The position numbers were made by a program, and so were the translations under genes. The notes beneath the pieces are model-generated. The model was given only the letters and a program-made list of their open reading frames with translations, searched no databases and was not told where the DNA came from. A stretch of DNA of 64,000 bases from Octopus vulgaris (taxonomy: Eukaryota). Positions 12,870 to 25,818 of the stretch are shown here, piece after piece (the stretch's first letter is position 1; every line of letters begins with the position of its first letter). Where the stretch lies: positions 163,618,001-163,682,000 of the forward strand of contig OX597814.1 of the NCBI GenBank assembly GCA_951406725.2, written 5' to 3'.

Positions 12870-13336
12870 GGAAAGAGTTTTATTGCTTGACTTAAAAATT
12901 ACAGCTAAATCTTCATGTAAAGTATGAAATATAAAAGGCATTGGAGAGTTTTTTTATAACTCTATAGGTTATGGATCACACTAAGGCCTTTTATATTCAA
13001 TGCATTATAAGTACTTCTGTATGAAATAGCTGTAAAATGTTAAATATATATATATAAAAAATCATCATTGTTGTTAGTGATGGAAGTGTTGGCAGCATTG
13101 TTGTCCTCTTCCACATCATCAACACCACCATTGAAAACAATGACAACAGCAACAACAATAAGAACCACAACAACAATAACAATAGCAATATTTCTTGTTA
13201 GCTTTTCTGTGATGGCATAGTTTGGAAGGTTTTACTGAGGCAGTGGCTTATGATTCAATGCCTTCCTATAGCCAACTAACTCTTTTAGTCACCTCTTACA
13301 GCACAGGAATAGGATGATGTGCCTATTCTAAAATAA

Positions 13337-13802
13337 AGTGCCATATTCTGAATGCCTTACTTCCCTGGGCATGGATACATTGAAACTCCAGCGTCTGGCA
13401 GCTGACTTGGCAGACACCCATAAAATTATTAACCATCTTACTAACAATAACTCTGAGCACCTTTTCAAACTCCACCTGTCTAACACCCCCGGACATGTTT
13501 ACAAAGTCAGAAAACAGCACAGCTCCCATGACTTTCGGAAACATTTTTTCATGCTAAGAGTTGCTGAAGTATGGAACAAACTGCCGGCATCAGTTGTTAG
13601 TTGTCGGAGCACTGCATCCTTCAAAACTTCCAAGCTTCCTGAGATTCGCCAACACTACACTTGATTTTCTTCCCTCTATACACACGCAAGCATGTATCTG
13701 ACTCATACACTGTCCACGTCCCAGACATTTGTACATTACTGCATATGCTTTATATGCACTTTTGACAAGTTGTGGTGCACCTGAGTACTGTATACAATAA
13801 TT

Positions 13803-13839
<37 letters not shown>

Positions 13840-13845
13840 CATCAT
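13337..13845 (+). mobile_element. CR1-like LINE 3' fragment
   Basis: GHVYKVRKQHSSHDFRKHFFMLRVAEVWNKLP (CR1-type C-terminus), 3' UTR and (ATT)n tail. Confidence 0.85.
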
Positions 13846-13911
13846 TATATAATAATCAAACATAAAAGAAATTGAAGAATTTGGAAATATAATTAAAACT
13901 TTATTTCAAAC

Positions 13912-14043
13912 CTCTGCTGTTGGGTTTTCAAATAATATAACATCACAACCAGCATTAGCTGCTTCTAAAGCATCTTCAAGATTTCTGCATTCTACTTCAA
14001 TTTTCATGGAAAACCCACTAACAAGCTTAGCATCTTTCACAGC
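13912..14043 (-). CDS. QPRT: QPRT-like gene, exon 2 (132 bp; absent from the ORF track)
   Basis: Acceptor aaaacag|GCT and donor GAG|gtttga, phase 0/0. [44 protein letters not shown] is colinear with the 44-aa human segment AVRAARQAADFTLKVEVEC...DLVLLDNFKPE. Confidence 0.92.
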
Positions 14044-14649
14044 CTGTTTTCCATATTCAAAAACAAATAAAAAATAATACAGAGCAGAGTAAGTACAGAC
14101 GTAGCAAATTCCACAAAATAAGAATATAATAATTTAGCAATAACTAATAACTTATACATAAAAAAAAATGAATGTAAAAAATTTAATGATTTATATGGGA
14201 AAACAAACAAGGAAAACATATGAAAACTGTTTATTTCTGATTAAATGAAAATAATTAGAGAAATAAAATATATTTAAAGTAAGTAGGCATGTACTGTATA
14301 CAAGAAACAAGATGGAAGTGAGTCTCAGCTAGACTCCTTGAGGTTAAGGAACTTACAAATCCTGGGTAGATAACAAAGACGGAGAAAGTGGATTCAGTAA
14401 ATTATTTGCAGAGAAATGGATTAAGTAACAAAGGTAGTTAGAGAATGTGATACATTTATCAGGTTTAACCTAGTCATGAACAACACAACTGTGACATTTA
14501 TCTGTACACATGCGTTACAGTCAGAGGTGGCAGATGAACAGAAAGACTACTTCTGTGTGCTCCTCCCGCAGATAACCTTGAGTAATGAATGGTAGCAATG
14601 TCTTATTGTATTTGGTGATTTTAATGGACTTATATATATATATATCAAA

Positions 14650-15062
14650 TTCGATGATTGGCATCCGTGCTAGTGTAGCACTAAGAGCACCACCCGAGTC
14701 TGATCGTTGCCAGAGCAGCTAACTGGCGTTTGTACCGGTGGCACGTAAAAAGCACCATTTGAGCATGATCCTTACCAGTGTCACCTTACTAGCATTTTTG
14801 CCGGGGTGCAGGTGACACGTAAAAAAAACCCACGATGTTTTCATAGCCGTAGCCAGTACTGCCTGACTGGCCCTTGTCCTGGTGGCATGTAAAAGCACTC
14901 ACTACACTCTCGGAGTAGTTGGCATTAGGAAGGGCATCCAGCTGTAGAAACTCTGCCAGATCAAGATTGGAGCCTGGTTCAGTCATCTGGTTCACCAGAC
15001 CTCAGTCAAAATTGTCCAACCCATGCTAGCATGGAAAGCGGATGGTAAACGATGATGATGAA
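14650..15062 (+). mobile_element. Retroposon of the same family as 6045-6405
   Basis: AAAAGCACC units and GCATGGAAAGCGGA...GATGATGATG tail. Confidence 0.7.
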
Positions 15063-15552
15063 CAACGATATAACCTTTTACATGAAGTCTGAAGCAAAGT
15101 AATTTAAATTTTATAAAGAAAGTCAAGTTATAAATCATTGGTTAATGTTTTCTGATATCTAAGATGTATTTTCTAGTTTAGCCTGTTAAGCATGTTCAGC
15201 TTTAGCAGTTATCACAGTATGAGATCACTATTAATAATTTTTATCTCTTCTTTACAGTTGCCAAGCAATCATGGAATGTATTCCCTGCATTATGTTTATT
15301 ACAATTAATACACTTGTCACAGCTTAACAATCACCAAATTAATGAATATTTTACAGTCAGTCTTTCTTTCATGCAACATAGTCTTTAGAATTATTTCTGT
15401 TGTTTCTTTAACCACAGCAGTTCAGAATATTTATATATCAATAAATTATTTGCCTAAAGTATTTAGTGGATATTTTAAAAGATTGCTAAAAGTAGACAGC
15501 TAAGACAAGTTTGTTTTCATAGCTTTATGTTCTTCCAAGCTTCCTGCTGCTC

Positions 15553-15753
15553 TCTTTACTCTTTTACTTGTTTCAGTCATTTGACTGTGGCCATGCTGGG
15601 GCACCACCTTTAGTCAAGCAAATCGACACCAGGACTTATTCTTTGTAAGCCTAGTACTTATTCTATCAGTCTCTTCTGCTGAACCACTAAGCTACTGGGA
15701 CGTAAACACACCGCCATTGGTTGTCGAGCGATGTTGGGGGGGACAAACACATC

Positions 15754-15798
<45 letters not shown>

Positions 15799-15805
15799 AC
15801 ACACA

Positions 15806-15841
<36 letters not shown>

Positions 15842-15872
15842 TATACATACATATATACGACAGGCTTCTTTC
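15553..15872 (-). mobile_element. tRNA-derived SINE, 3' half plus microsatellite linker
   Basis: Reverse complement of the tail of the SINE at 44568-44985; contains (CA)n and (CATA)n. Confidence 0.8.
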
Positions 15873-16139
15873 TACTGATTCTGCTAAACTATATCGAAGC
15901 AGGATCCATCAAACTGACTGACATGAATATCTAAGCTATTCTGAAAATGAAATGGTGGTGTTGAAAGCATTAAATAGTTAAGTTCTCATTTTCTTTTTCT
16001 CATTTAAAGAAGTAACATGCGCCTTTTAAAAAAATGTATTAATGACATAATGTTGAAGCTAGAATGGATGTGGATTATTTCGATATACTTTCTTTGTCTT
16101 CTTTTACTGGTTTCAGTCATTGAACTGCAGTCATGCAGG

Positions 16140-16735
16140 TGGAAGGCAAAACTCACCTCACTGCATCACCGGTCTGGAACCCCTATCTTGCCCAGGATAT
16201 CAATCGTCTGGAAGCCGTTCTGCGACGTGCAACCAAAAGAATACCCTCCATCGGGCATTTGCCATATTCTGAATGCCTTACTTCCCTGGGCATGGATATA
16301 TTGAAACTCCGACGTCTGGCAGCTGACTTGGCAGACACCCATAAAATTATCAACCATCGTACAAACAATAACTCTGAGCACCTTTTCAAACTCCACCCAT
16401 CTAACACCCGTGGACATATTTACAAAGTCAGAAAACAGCAGAGCTCCCATGACTTCAGGAAACATTTTTTCACGCTGAGAGTTGCTGAAGCATGGAACAA
16501 ACTGCCGGCATCAGTTGTTAGTTGTCAGAGCACTGCATCCTTCAAAACTTCCATGCTTCCTGAGATTCGCCAACACTACACCTGATTTTCTCCCCTCCAT
16601 ACACACACAAACATGTATCTGACTCATGCATTGTTCGCTTTCCAGACATTTGTACATTACTGCATATACTCTATACGCACTTTCGGACAAGTTGTGGTGC
16701 ACCTGAGCACTGTATACAATAATTTCATTATTATT
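16140..16735 (+). mobile_element. CR1-like LINE 3' fragment
   Basis: ASPVWNPYLAQDINRLEAVLRRATKRIP...RVAEAWNKLP; (ATT)n tail. Confidence 0.88.
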
Positions 16736-17397
16736 ACAGGTAGAGAAAATATTACTGGACACTAGTAATAATAAGGCAGCACACCACAGTATAAATAGCA
16801 GATTACAATTGCAGAGATTAAAGTACTGAGCTGAAATCTTTTCATGAATAAAACATGAAGTGGACTAGTAACTTCCTGTTTAAGAGCAGAAATGTTTATC
16901 ATCCACTTCACACTCATTTTGAATGGTATACTTAACCAGGTACCTAGTTAAACATCACCACCTAGTTCTTGGGTTTTTAGTTCACTTTGTTGCAAGCATT
17001 CAGGCCATGGCTTTGGTTTCAGTTTAACTTCTTCCCTTCTTCTTATCAATCATTGGTGCCCTGAAAAAATTTTTTAAAAAAGAGGGTGATGGGTATGGCC
17101 CTTCTATCCCTGACTAAGCAGTGAAAAAAGAAAAAGATAACTATGATTAATTGCAACACATTTTGCACCATCAGGTAAAAGGTAACATGTTAGATAAGTA
17201 AACATCTCTCCCATCACTATTATGCTGTAACTGATTTGTTTAGGAGGCAAAGACTGTGAAACTATAACTTATCATTAGTGTGTTAGTTTGTGTGTGTATG
17301 TAAGGTCACGAAGATATCCGAAGTGAATTGTCGAGTTGTCACGGAAACAACTGAGGTCTTGCTATGGTTTTGTCGAGTTAAAACAAAGGAACGCTCA

Positions 17398-17590
17398 ACG
17401 GGCTTCTTTCAGTTTCCACCTACCAAATCCACTCACAAGGCTTTGGTCAGCCCGAGGCTATAGTAGAAGACACTTACCCAAGGTGCCACACAATGGGACT
17501 GAACCTGGAACCATGTGGTTGGGAAGCAAGCTTCTTATTTCATTACTGCCCACAAGGGAAAGCAAGCTTCTTACCACACAGCCACTTCTA
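17398..17590 (-). mobile_element. tRNA-derived SINE head
   Basis: Reverse complement of the GGAGTGGCTGTGTGGTAAG...GGTTCAGTCCCA head. Confidence 0.75.
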
Positions 17591-18436
17591 TATGACACTA
17601 ACAACTCTGTCACTTCACCATATCAATGAATCTATTAAACATAGTGATTAATGAAATCCTGTGGTCTATGAAAACTGTAATCATATCAACATTTTCTATT
17701 TTAATATGATCATGAGAATATATTATATTATCACACTGTGATAGCTGGATTAGTTAGAGATTATAATGTTTGAGCTGATAAGTTGTTGGTCTCTGGGTAA
17801 TAGTTTCATGAGTTCATATTCTTTAACCAGACACTTGTAGTTGCTAACCAACATAATGGAGTCCTAAGCTGAAGAGTTTCTTTCATTTTTTACTTCTTCC
17901 AGTCACTGAACTGCAGTCATGCCTCTCCATATTCAATCTCCAACATCATTCTTATTGTTCTACCCCACTTTCTTCACCATCCTAATACATTTCAAACAAG
18001 GGATTCCATCATATCTCTTAATACCTAAAAAACTCCACCATCACACTTCTGTAATGCTAGCCATCACTCCAACTTCACTTATGATTGACATACATCACTC
18101 TCAATGAGAGAGAGAGAGAGAGAGAGGGCACCTAACTCTAAGACTATCCATTGCCTCTCTCTCTCTCTTTTCCTACCAAACATGTAATTGCCATGACTGT
18201 CTCTTTCCCATTAACTTCTGTCATTACTATCTTCCTTCCATTACTCCTCCCAGTATTATCCCTTCCGTTAATCCCACTTCAACCATCCTCTCACCCCAAC
18301 ACTACATGTGATTTGCAAGCATGTATCTGACTCATACACTGTTCATTTCCCAGATATTTGTACATTACTGCATATGCTTTATACACACTTTTGACAAGTT
18401 GTGGTGCACCTGAGCACTGTATACAATAATTTCATG

Positions 18437-18474
<38 letters not shown>

Positions 18475-19119
18475 CATTATTATTATAAACAAAAATTTAG
18501 TCCAAAATAAATATAAAGAAACACTAACAAATAGACTAAGAAGACAATGAACATTTGAGATATCAGTAACAAACGAGTAATTAGGTCACTAAAAATCATT
18601 AATACTTCACTGGAATTGGCAATGTTACTAATTTATTTTAGCCAGTCTCCTTCTATTTCTTTAACCCCTCATCTCATTTTAACTCTGCTGAGTTTCTCTC
18701 TGTTCTATCTACTCCCATTCTTTTCTGAACAACAACAGCAGTTGTTTTTTGTTTTTGTTTTGTTTTTTTTCCAACAAGGTTTTCTACTCAACAAAGTCAA
18801 CAGGTTTCTTCAGAGGTAAGTTACATTCTTGTTGTACTGGAAGTTCATAGTAGTTTGACATCAAGTATGTTTGTTTTGTGTAAAGAAAAATAAAGGCGTT
18901 AATCATTGTGCATTATTTATAGTCTCTAAAGTCTAAAGATAAACAAAGGAGTTAGGAACAAGAAGGATTGGTAAAGTGTGTTCCTGTGCATGCATGTACA
19001 CATGTGTGTGCTTATGTGTGTGAGTGTGTATGTTGATAACTAGTATATTAACTAGCCTTACACACTTTGCTGTAATGCTACAACAAAAACAACAACAACA
19101 ACAACAAAAACAGTAATAA

Positions 19120-19319
19120 TAATCCTTTCAACTACAGGTACTTTAGGAAGGAACTAGTTGATTGCATCAACCCCAGTACTCAACTGGTACTTAATTTATC
19201 GATCCTGAAAGGATGAAGGCAAAGTTGACCTTGGCAGAATTTGAACTCAGAACATAGTGACAGGTGAAAAACTGCTAAGCATTACACCTGGAGTGTTAAT
19301 TATTCTAATAATAATAAAC

Positions 19320-19354
<35 letters not shown>

Positions 19355-19582
19355 TAACAATAATAATAATTCTCTATAATTTTTGGCACAAGACCAGCAC
19401 TTTTCTGGGGAGGAGTAAGTTAGTTACATCAAACCCAGTGCTCACTTGCTTAAATTGACCATGAAAAAATGAAAGGCAAAGTTGACCTAGGTGAAATTTG
19501 AACCTAGAACGTAAAGGCAGATGAATTAATACCATTAAGCATTTTGCTTAGGGAGCTAATGATTCTGCCAGTTCGCTATCTT
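19120..19582 (-). mobile_element. Two decayed SINEs among (AAT)n tracts
   Basis: Meta/MESC-like core with most CpGs decayed. Confidence 0.7.
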
Positions 19583-21397
19583 AATAATAATAATAATAAT
19601 AATGATGATGATGATGATGATAATAATAAAAATGATAATAATAATAATGGTTTCAAATTTTGGCACATGGCCAGCAATTTCGTGGGAGCAGGTATGTCAA
19701 TTACATTTTGCTCGCATATATATATATATATATATATAATACTGGTGAATCCTAAGACCCAGTTTTCAGTGAGACAACTGGTTAATAATACAATAACTAA
19801 AATAATTAGGAGCCAACTACTGAACCTCTAAGCAGTTGCTCAGCCTGCTAGCTATAGCAACCAAGTTTGTACTCAAATCACATACGGCTGTCTTAAAAAA
19901 AGGATAAATTGGATAATGTGGGCCTAGATACAGAAGAAAAGAGAGAAAAAAATTGGAATGGTCTTGGCTTGAACAACTTTGATTATAGGTTTGATTTATT
20001 AGGGCTGACCAGGGGCTAACAAAATATAGGATAATGGATATTTACAAAATCAGCAACAACTACAAGTAAAATTGCAAAATGAGGGCCATACATGATCAGC
20101 ATATCTGCTAGAGATAGCAGCCAAATCTCTCCCAAATTACTCTCTGCTGTTTTGAAAAGGAGAAGGACATATATTAAGTAATGTAATTCTAGAAAACTTC
20201 AGAAAATCTGGGATGGCCATGACTGGAATGCCTTTAATTGTAGGTTTGTTTGATCAGAGTTTCACACAGAATTAAATAATAATAACAACTAGAACAGTAA
20301 TTTTGACGGTAACAGCAGCAACAGTATCTATAGAATAAATATCTACATGAGTGGCACACTAGCAATCTTTTTGCCTTCACTTACTAATAGATAGATGGAA
20401 CAAACTTCTCTTTGAAGAGAACAAATCAAATAGCATTGAAATATTAAATTACTGGAGTTAAGTTGCAGACTCCAGGCTATGGACAAACATTCTCTAAATT
20501 CATACATATAATATTGGTAGCATGTCCAGACCTATGCTTAACCACCCTATATTATGCCCTCAAGTATATACAGAAGCTTCTATGTAATATCATAACCTGC
20601 TAATGATTGCAGTCAAATGGAACTCATATCACATGTCCTGCTATCTTTAAAAGAAAGAAGAACCTACTGAATAATAAAGTTAGATATGTTATGAAGGAAA
20701 AAAAAAAAGGATGGTCATGGCTAGAATGCTTTTGGGTTTGGTTTGTTTAATCAGAATTCATCTGATGCTAAACAACAGCAACTACAACAATAAAAATAAC
20801 AACAACCTCAAACTGCTCTGCATCTCACTTTTAAATTATATTGTATTTCCTTTCTTTAGTATTCCTCTATAATGAGCTATGTTACACTCTACTATATTAC
20901 ATTAACCATCACATGGTTCAGTCCTTTTGCAGTGCCTCAATGACCCTGGAGGTTATGCCAATAGTGCACAAACTCCTGGTTGTGACTTCTGTACTGGACA
21001 GGATAGATGCCAGGCTAATACAGACCACCTCTCTCTAGAGGTAAAAATGAGTTTGCATAGGGTCAACACCCCTACCTATGAAAAAAAAAACAAAACCAAG
21101 TTACAGAAGCATCAACAATAATTCAAAACCAACAAGAACTAGAAGAGGAAGGCTTTCCATGAGGGAATAATAGTTTTAGTGTACCAAAATCTGAAAGGAT
21201 GCTTTAAGGAAAAGGCAGGGATCCAACTGGAGACAAGTAGAAAAGACAACCCAGGGTCGAGAACCTATGGAGAAGAGTGGTCAATAGCCTATGCCCCATA
21301 GGGAACAAAGTGTTTAAATAAATAATATTACATTACACAACATTATACAACATCCCATTACATTGCGTTCTGTAACACTGCAATACATTACATAACA

Positions 21398-21613
21398 TTG
21401 GTTTCAAATTTTGGCACAAGATCAGCAAGTTCGGGGAAGGGGACTAGTCGATTACATCGAACCCAGTACTCAACTGGTAATTATTTTATCAACCCTGGAA
21501 GGATGAAGGACAAAGTTAACTTCAGCAGAATTTGAACTCAGGATGTAAGTACAAATGAAATGTCACTAAGCACTTTGTTTGGTGAGCTAATGATTCTACC
21601 AGCTCACCACCTT
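21398..21613 (-). mobile_element. SINE (Meta/MESC-like core)
   Basis: Full-length decayed copy. Confidence 0.75.
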
Positions 21614-22137
21614 ATATACATTACATAATATTAGACTACACTACATAATATAATTACACTTTACTCCACTACATCACATAGCACTACATAACTTTGTTAT
21701 ATTCTACACTACAATTTAGTACAGTATGCTACACTATATCATATTGTATTAAGAAAAGAAAAGCTACCAGCTTGGGTGGTCATTTATTTCCTCTAGAGCA
21801 AGAAATCTGTTCCTATCTCTCTATTATACTCTTGTCTTTCAATGTCTAGCATAAACTACCACCATTAATGCTACAACCCCACTCAATCAAAGGGTCTAGT
21901 CTTGTGAGCAATTAGGCAGTCTCATTAGTATTGATGGGGAGGGGTACAAAAAAAGCAACCAGTATACTCTGTAAAGTGGCGGTGCTAGGAAGAGCATCCA
22001 GTCATAGAAACCATGTCAAAACAGACATAGAATCTTGACACAGTCCTCTGATCTGTATGACCCTGACAAACCATCCAACCTATTCCAGTATGGAATATGG
22101 ATATTAAATGATGTTGGTGATGATGTACAGCTTCTTA

Positions 22138-22359
22138 TTTCTTTATTGCCCACAAGGGGCTAAACATAGATGGGACAAACAAAGGGATTAAGTCGTTTAG
22201 ATCGACCCCAGTCCATAACTGGTACTTAATTTATCGACCCCAAAAGGATGAAAGGCAAAGTCGACCTCGGCGGAATTTGAACTCAGAATGTAACGGCAGA
22301 CGAAATACAGCTAAACATTTCGCCCGGTATGCTAACGTTTCTGCCAACTCGCAGCCTTA
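22138..22359 (-). mobile_element. Young SINE with 15-bp TSD
   Basis: TSD ATGTACAGCTTCTTA at 22123-22137 and 22360-22374. Confidence 0.9.
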
Positions 22360-23450
22360 ATGTACAGCTTCTTACTACAAACTCAATAACAACTTCAACA
22401 AAAGCAATTCCAGCAATAAAAACAATTACATCAACAGCAGCAACTGAATGGCATCAGTAGCTACAACTAAAAAGGCAAATTATTTTAAAAACACCAGTTT
22501 GTGTTGTCCAAGAGAGACTTAATCAACCAGTTTATATTCTATATTCCTTGTCAACATCATAAAATTTCTAAATGATACCACAAAAGCCTTATACCATTTT
22601 ATGCATCAGTATTCAAAAGGTGTATTTGTCTTTTAACTGATACCCAGTTTTTTTTTGTTTTTTTTTTCTTGGCTCTGGCTGGTAAAATAATTTCTTTTCA
22701 GCTAGTCTCAAGGAAATTATTCAAAGGGACAAAAACTTTATTCCTTTACAGGTTTCAGTTATTGAACAGCAGCTGTGCTAGGAAAGCAGCTGTGCTAGGA
22801 AAGCAGCTTCAGCAGCTTTAATTGATCATATTGATTACAGTACTTAATTCAATCTGGTATTTTTTATTTTTATTTTGAATTCTGTTGAACCAGTAAATTA
22901 AGGGAGAGATTATAAACAAAAACAGTTTTTTAGACTGGTGTAAATATAACCACATATACAGATGGATACACACAATCATCATCATTATCGTCATCACCAG
23001 CAGCAGCACCACCAAAAACAACAAGATTATCTTTTTACATCTACTTTCAATACTGGTGAGCTGCTACTCCCATAGACTGTGGTGTTCATAAATGTTATTT
23101 GGCTAATTACTTCACTTCTACTGCCAGATGCCATTTCTATTGCCAGCCACTATACAGAGAGTACTGGGTGCATTTTCAAGGGGCAGTTGAATAGTCATTG
23201 GAGAGACAGAATTATTGGAATCACACAGCCTTCTGCTTTCTCTGCTTATTTGCAATCATTTTACAGAGCGTAGAGAAAGCATTTTTCATGGTATCAACAC
23301 TAGAAAGAATATGTTTACCTGTCCCTCTAAGAGCAGCACAATTTGGAGGTTTTCTCATGGCACCAACACTGGAGGTGGTGTAAAGGTGCTTTGTATACAG
23401 GAAATGAAAAGAATATTTAATATCCTGAGATAGTGGACTGAGGAGGAGAG

Positions 23451-23487
<37 letters not shown>

Positions 23488-23872
23488 AGTCACAAATAGG
23501 TAAGTACCCAAAAATCTGGCTGATGAAACAAAAGAGTAGGCAATAGCTGGAAATATAGATGGCAAACTCTACAAGTTAAAAGACTTAATGACATTCATTA
23601 ATACAGCATCTGATCAAAGTAATCTTTGACATCTTTTAAGACCTTTTGTTTTATGAACATTTTATGGCTGAGAGCAAAGTGAAAAGAAGTGGTATAAATG
23701 TGATAAAGAAATCCCCTAATCTTAAATAATCTGCAATATCTAAAAATCGTCAATAAAATGAAATTGAATTTGGATCTTGTTATTTTTTCTTCTGAGTATT
23801 CCTTCCAAGTATTTCAAATTTTTATAAGATATTTTAAGTTTCTACATGTAACTTCTTTATTATTAATTATAT

Positions 23873-24140
23873 TGAGACCCCCTTCGGTCATGACTGACCA
23901 TGGGATTGCACCTAGAAAGTTACCCTCCCAGGCACAAGTCCGGGCAAGATTGTTTTATGGAAGATCAGCAGTCACCCATGCATACCGGCCTCCCCTCTCC
24001 ACACCACCAGTGTTATCCAAGGGAAAGGCAAAGGCCGATACAGATTGGCACCTGTGACATCGCAACTCATTTCTACAGCTGAGTGAACTGGAGCAACGTG
24101 AAATAAAGTGTCTTGCTCAAGAACACAACAGGCAGCCCGT
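23873..24140 (-). mobile_element. SINE of a further family (related copy on + near 27340-27415)
   Basis: TCTTGAGCAAGACACTTTATTTCACGTTGCTCCAG core on the minus strand; (AAT)-like tail. Confidence 0.6.
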
Positions 24141-25206
24141 GTTGTGTTACATATATATATATTGAATGTAACTTTTGTCCTCAGCATGCAAAAACTACAT
24201 TTAAAAATAAAAAAATAATCTGGTGAAAATTTGAAATGTTTCAAATTCTTGGAAGCAAGTTAACAAGATTACCGATTTTTATTTTTCAGTGAAAGTGCAA
24301 GTTTAGAAATGGTTGAATTTGGCAAACCGAAAGCTGTACAAATCGGGTGGAACTTAATTGGTGATTAATATCTCAGAGGAAAGAATTATCTACTAGAAGA
24401 TATTTACCGTATATCTAGTAATCATAAGAGATATTCAGTCAACTACTACATCTGATGCATCGTTGGAATAATTCATTGGCGTGATGTAATCAACCAATGC
24501 GTTTCGTTTACTTTCACACATAAATCAAGTTTCTTTCAGTTTTATTTTATTGTCGATTATGAATTATTAAAGTTTTATTTAACCTTCATCTATTCATCTT
24601 TCTTTCACTTTATTGTCCATCAAGCGAAAATCCTCGTGCCTGTTGACACCAGCATGTTTTGGACGAAATACTGTTACTGGGGGGGGGGAAGGAAATGTGT
24701 TACTAGCTTATTGATCTGAAAGATGATGACACGTTTGTTTGTGCTAGCTTGTCAGCTGTTAAACAGGTGTTGACAAAAGGGGGCACTATGAATACGATAT
24801 GAGATATTCACCACAATAACATCTTTCGACCATGTCACTATACACACCTCCATTCAACTCAACACAGACTCTTTATAATACGATATATTCAGCTTCTTCA
24901 CAACTACGACGCCAAACTACAATTTCTGATGAAATAACGATGGGAACCTTTAAGGGTCGCATGGTCTGCTAGAAATAGCATCTACATCTCCCTCAGATCA
25001 CATCCTATTGTCTTAAATAAAGAAATGACACAGGAGTTAAGGTAGTACCACATACTCCTAAAAAGACAGGGTGGTCACAGCTGGAATACCTTTGATCATA
25101 GGTCAACTCGATCGAGATTAACCTAAGCTAAACAACAAGAGCAACATAGTTTCGGATAAAGACAAGAAATTGCTTATGGTATTAGGGAAATCACAAGTTT
25201 ACTTAC

Positions 25207-25818
25207 CTTTTGGATACTTCCTGCAGTCCATATATGGTTGTCTCGCAAGATAATCATAGAAGATAAATCGTACCTGTGGGTTGCTAAACCCCCAACAAGA
25301 AGAGAATACTTCTCTACTAGACGGAATCCCGGAGTAGTTCTGCGTGTATCAGCCAGTTTCCCTTTCCAGCCAACCCCTTCAGCTTTCAGGGCCAATTTGC
25401 GGGCCAAAGTCGCTAGTCCACTTGCCCTGCACGCACAGTTGAGGGCTACACGTTCTCCGAGCAACAAGCACCGTACTCTGCCTTTGATAATCGCAACTGT
25501 TTGGACTGGATTCAGGTATGTTCCTTCCGGATAAAGCCATTCAATTTCACACTCCAGCTCTTTAAATACAGCATCTATAAATGGTCTTCCTGCCAAAACA
25601 CCAGCCTGTCTCATGATCAAGGCAGCGGTCACATTTTTCTCCCCTACTACGAACCCACCGAAATCAAAATTTGGCGAATCTTCTTTAATCCATTCTCTGG
25701 CTAAATGTTGTACAGTAACAGGTGATAATGCATGGTAAGTTTCAGGACCCGAAGTAATCCGAGAATGGTTATTATTGTAATGTAAATAGTTCTTCCTTTG
25801 GTCGTAATAAGCAGACAT
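25207..25818 (-). CDS. QPRT: QPRT-like (nicotinate-nucleotide pyrophosphorylase, carboxylating), coding exon 1
   Basis: ATG at 25818 and donor AAG|gtaagt. Motifs WIKEDSP, GVLAGRPF, LLLGERVALN, TRRTTPGFRLVEKY, HRYDL, RDNH. Spliced product is 204+44+71=319 aa. Confidence 0.95.
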
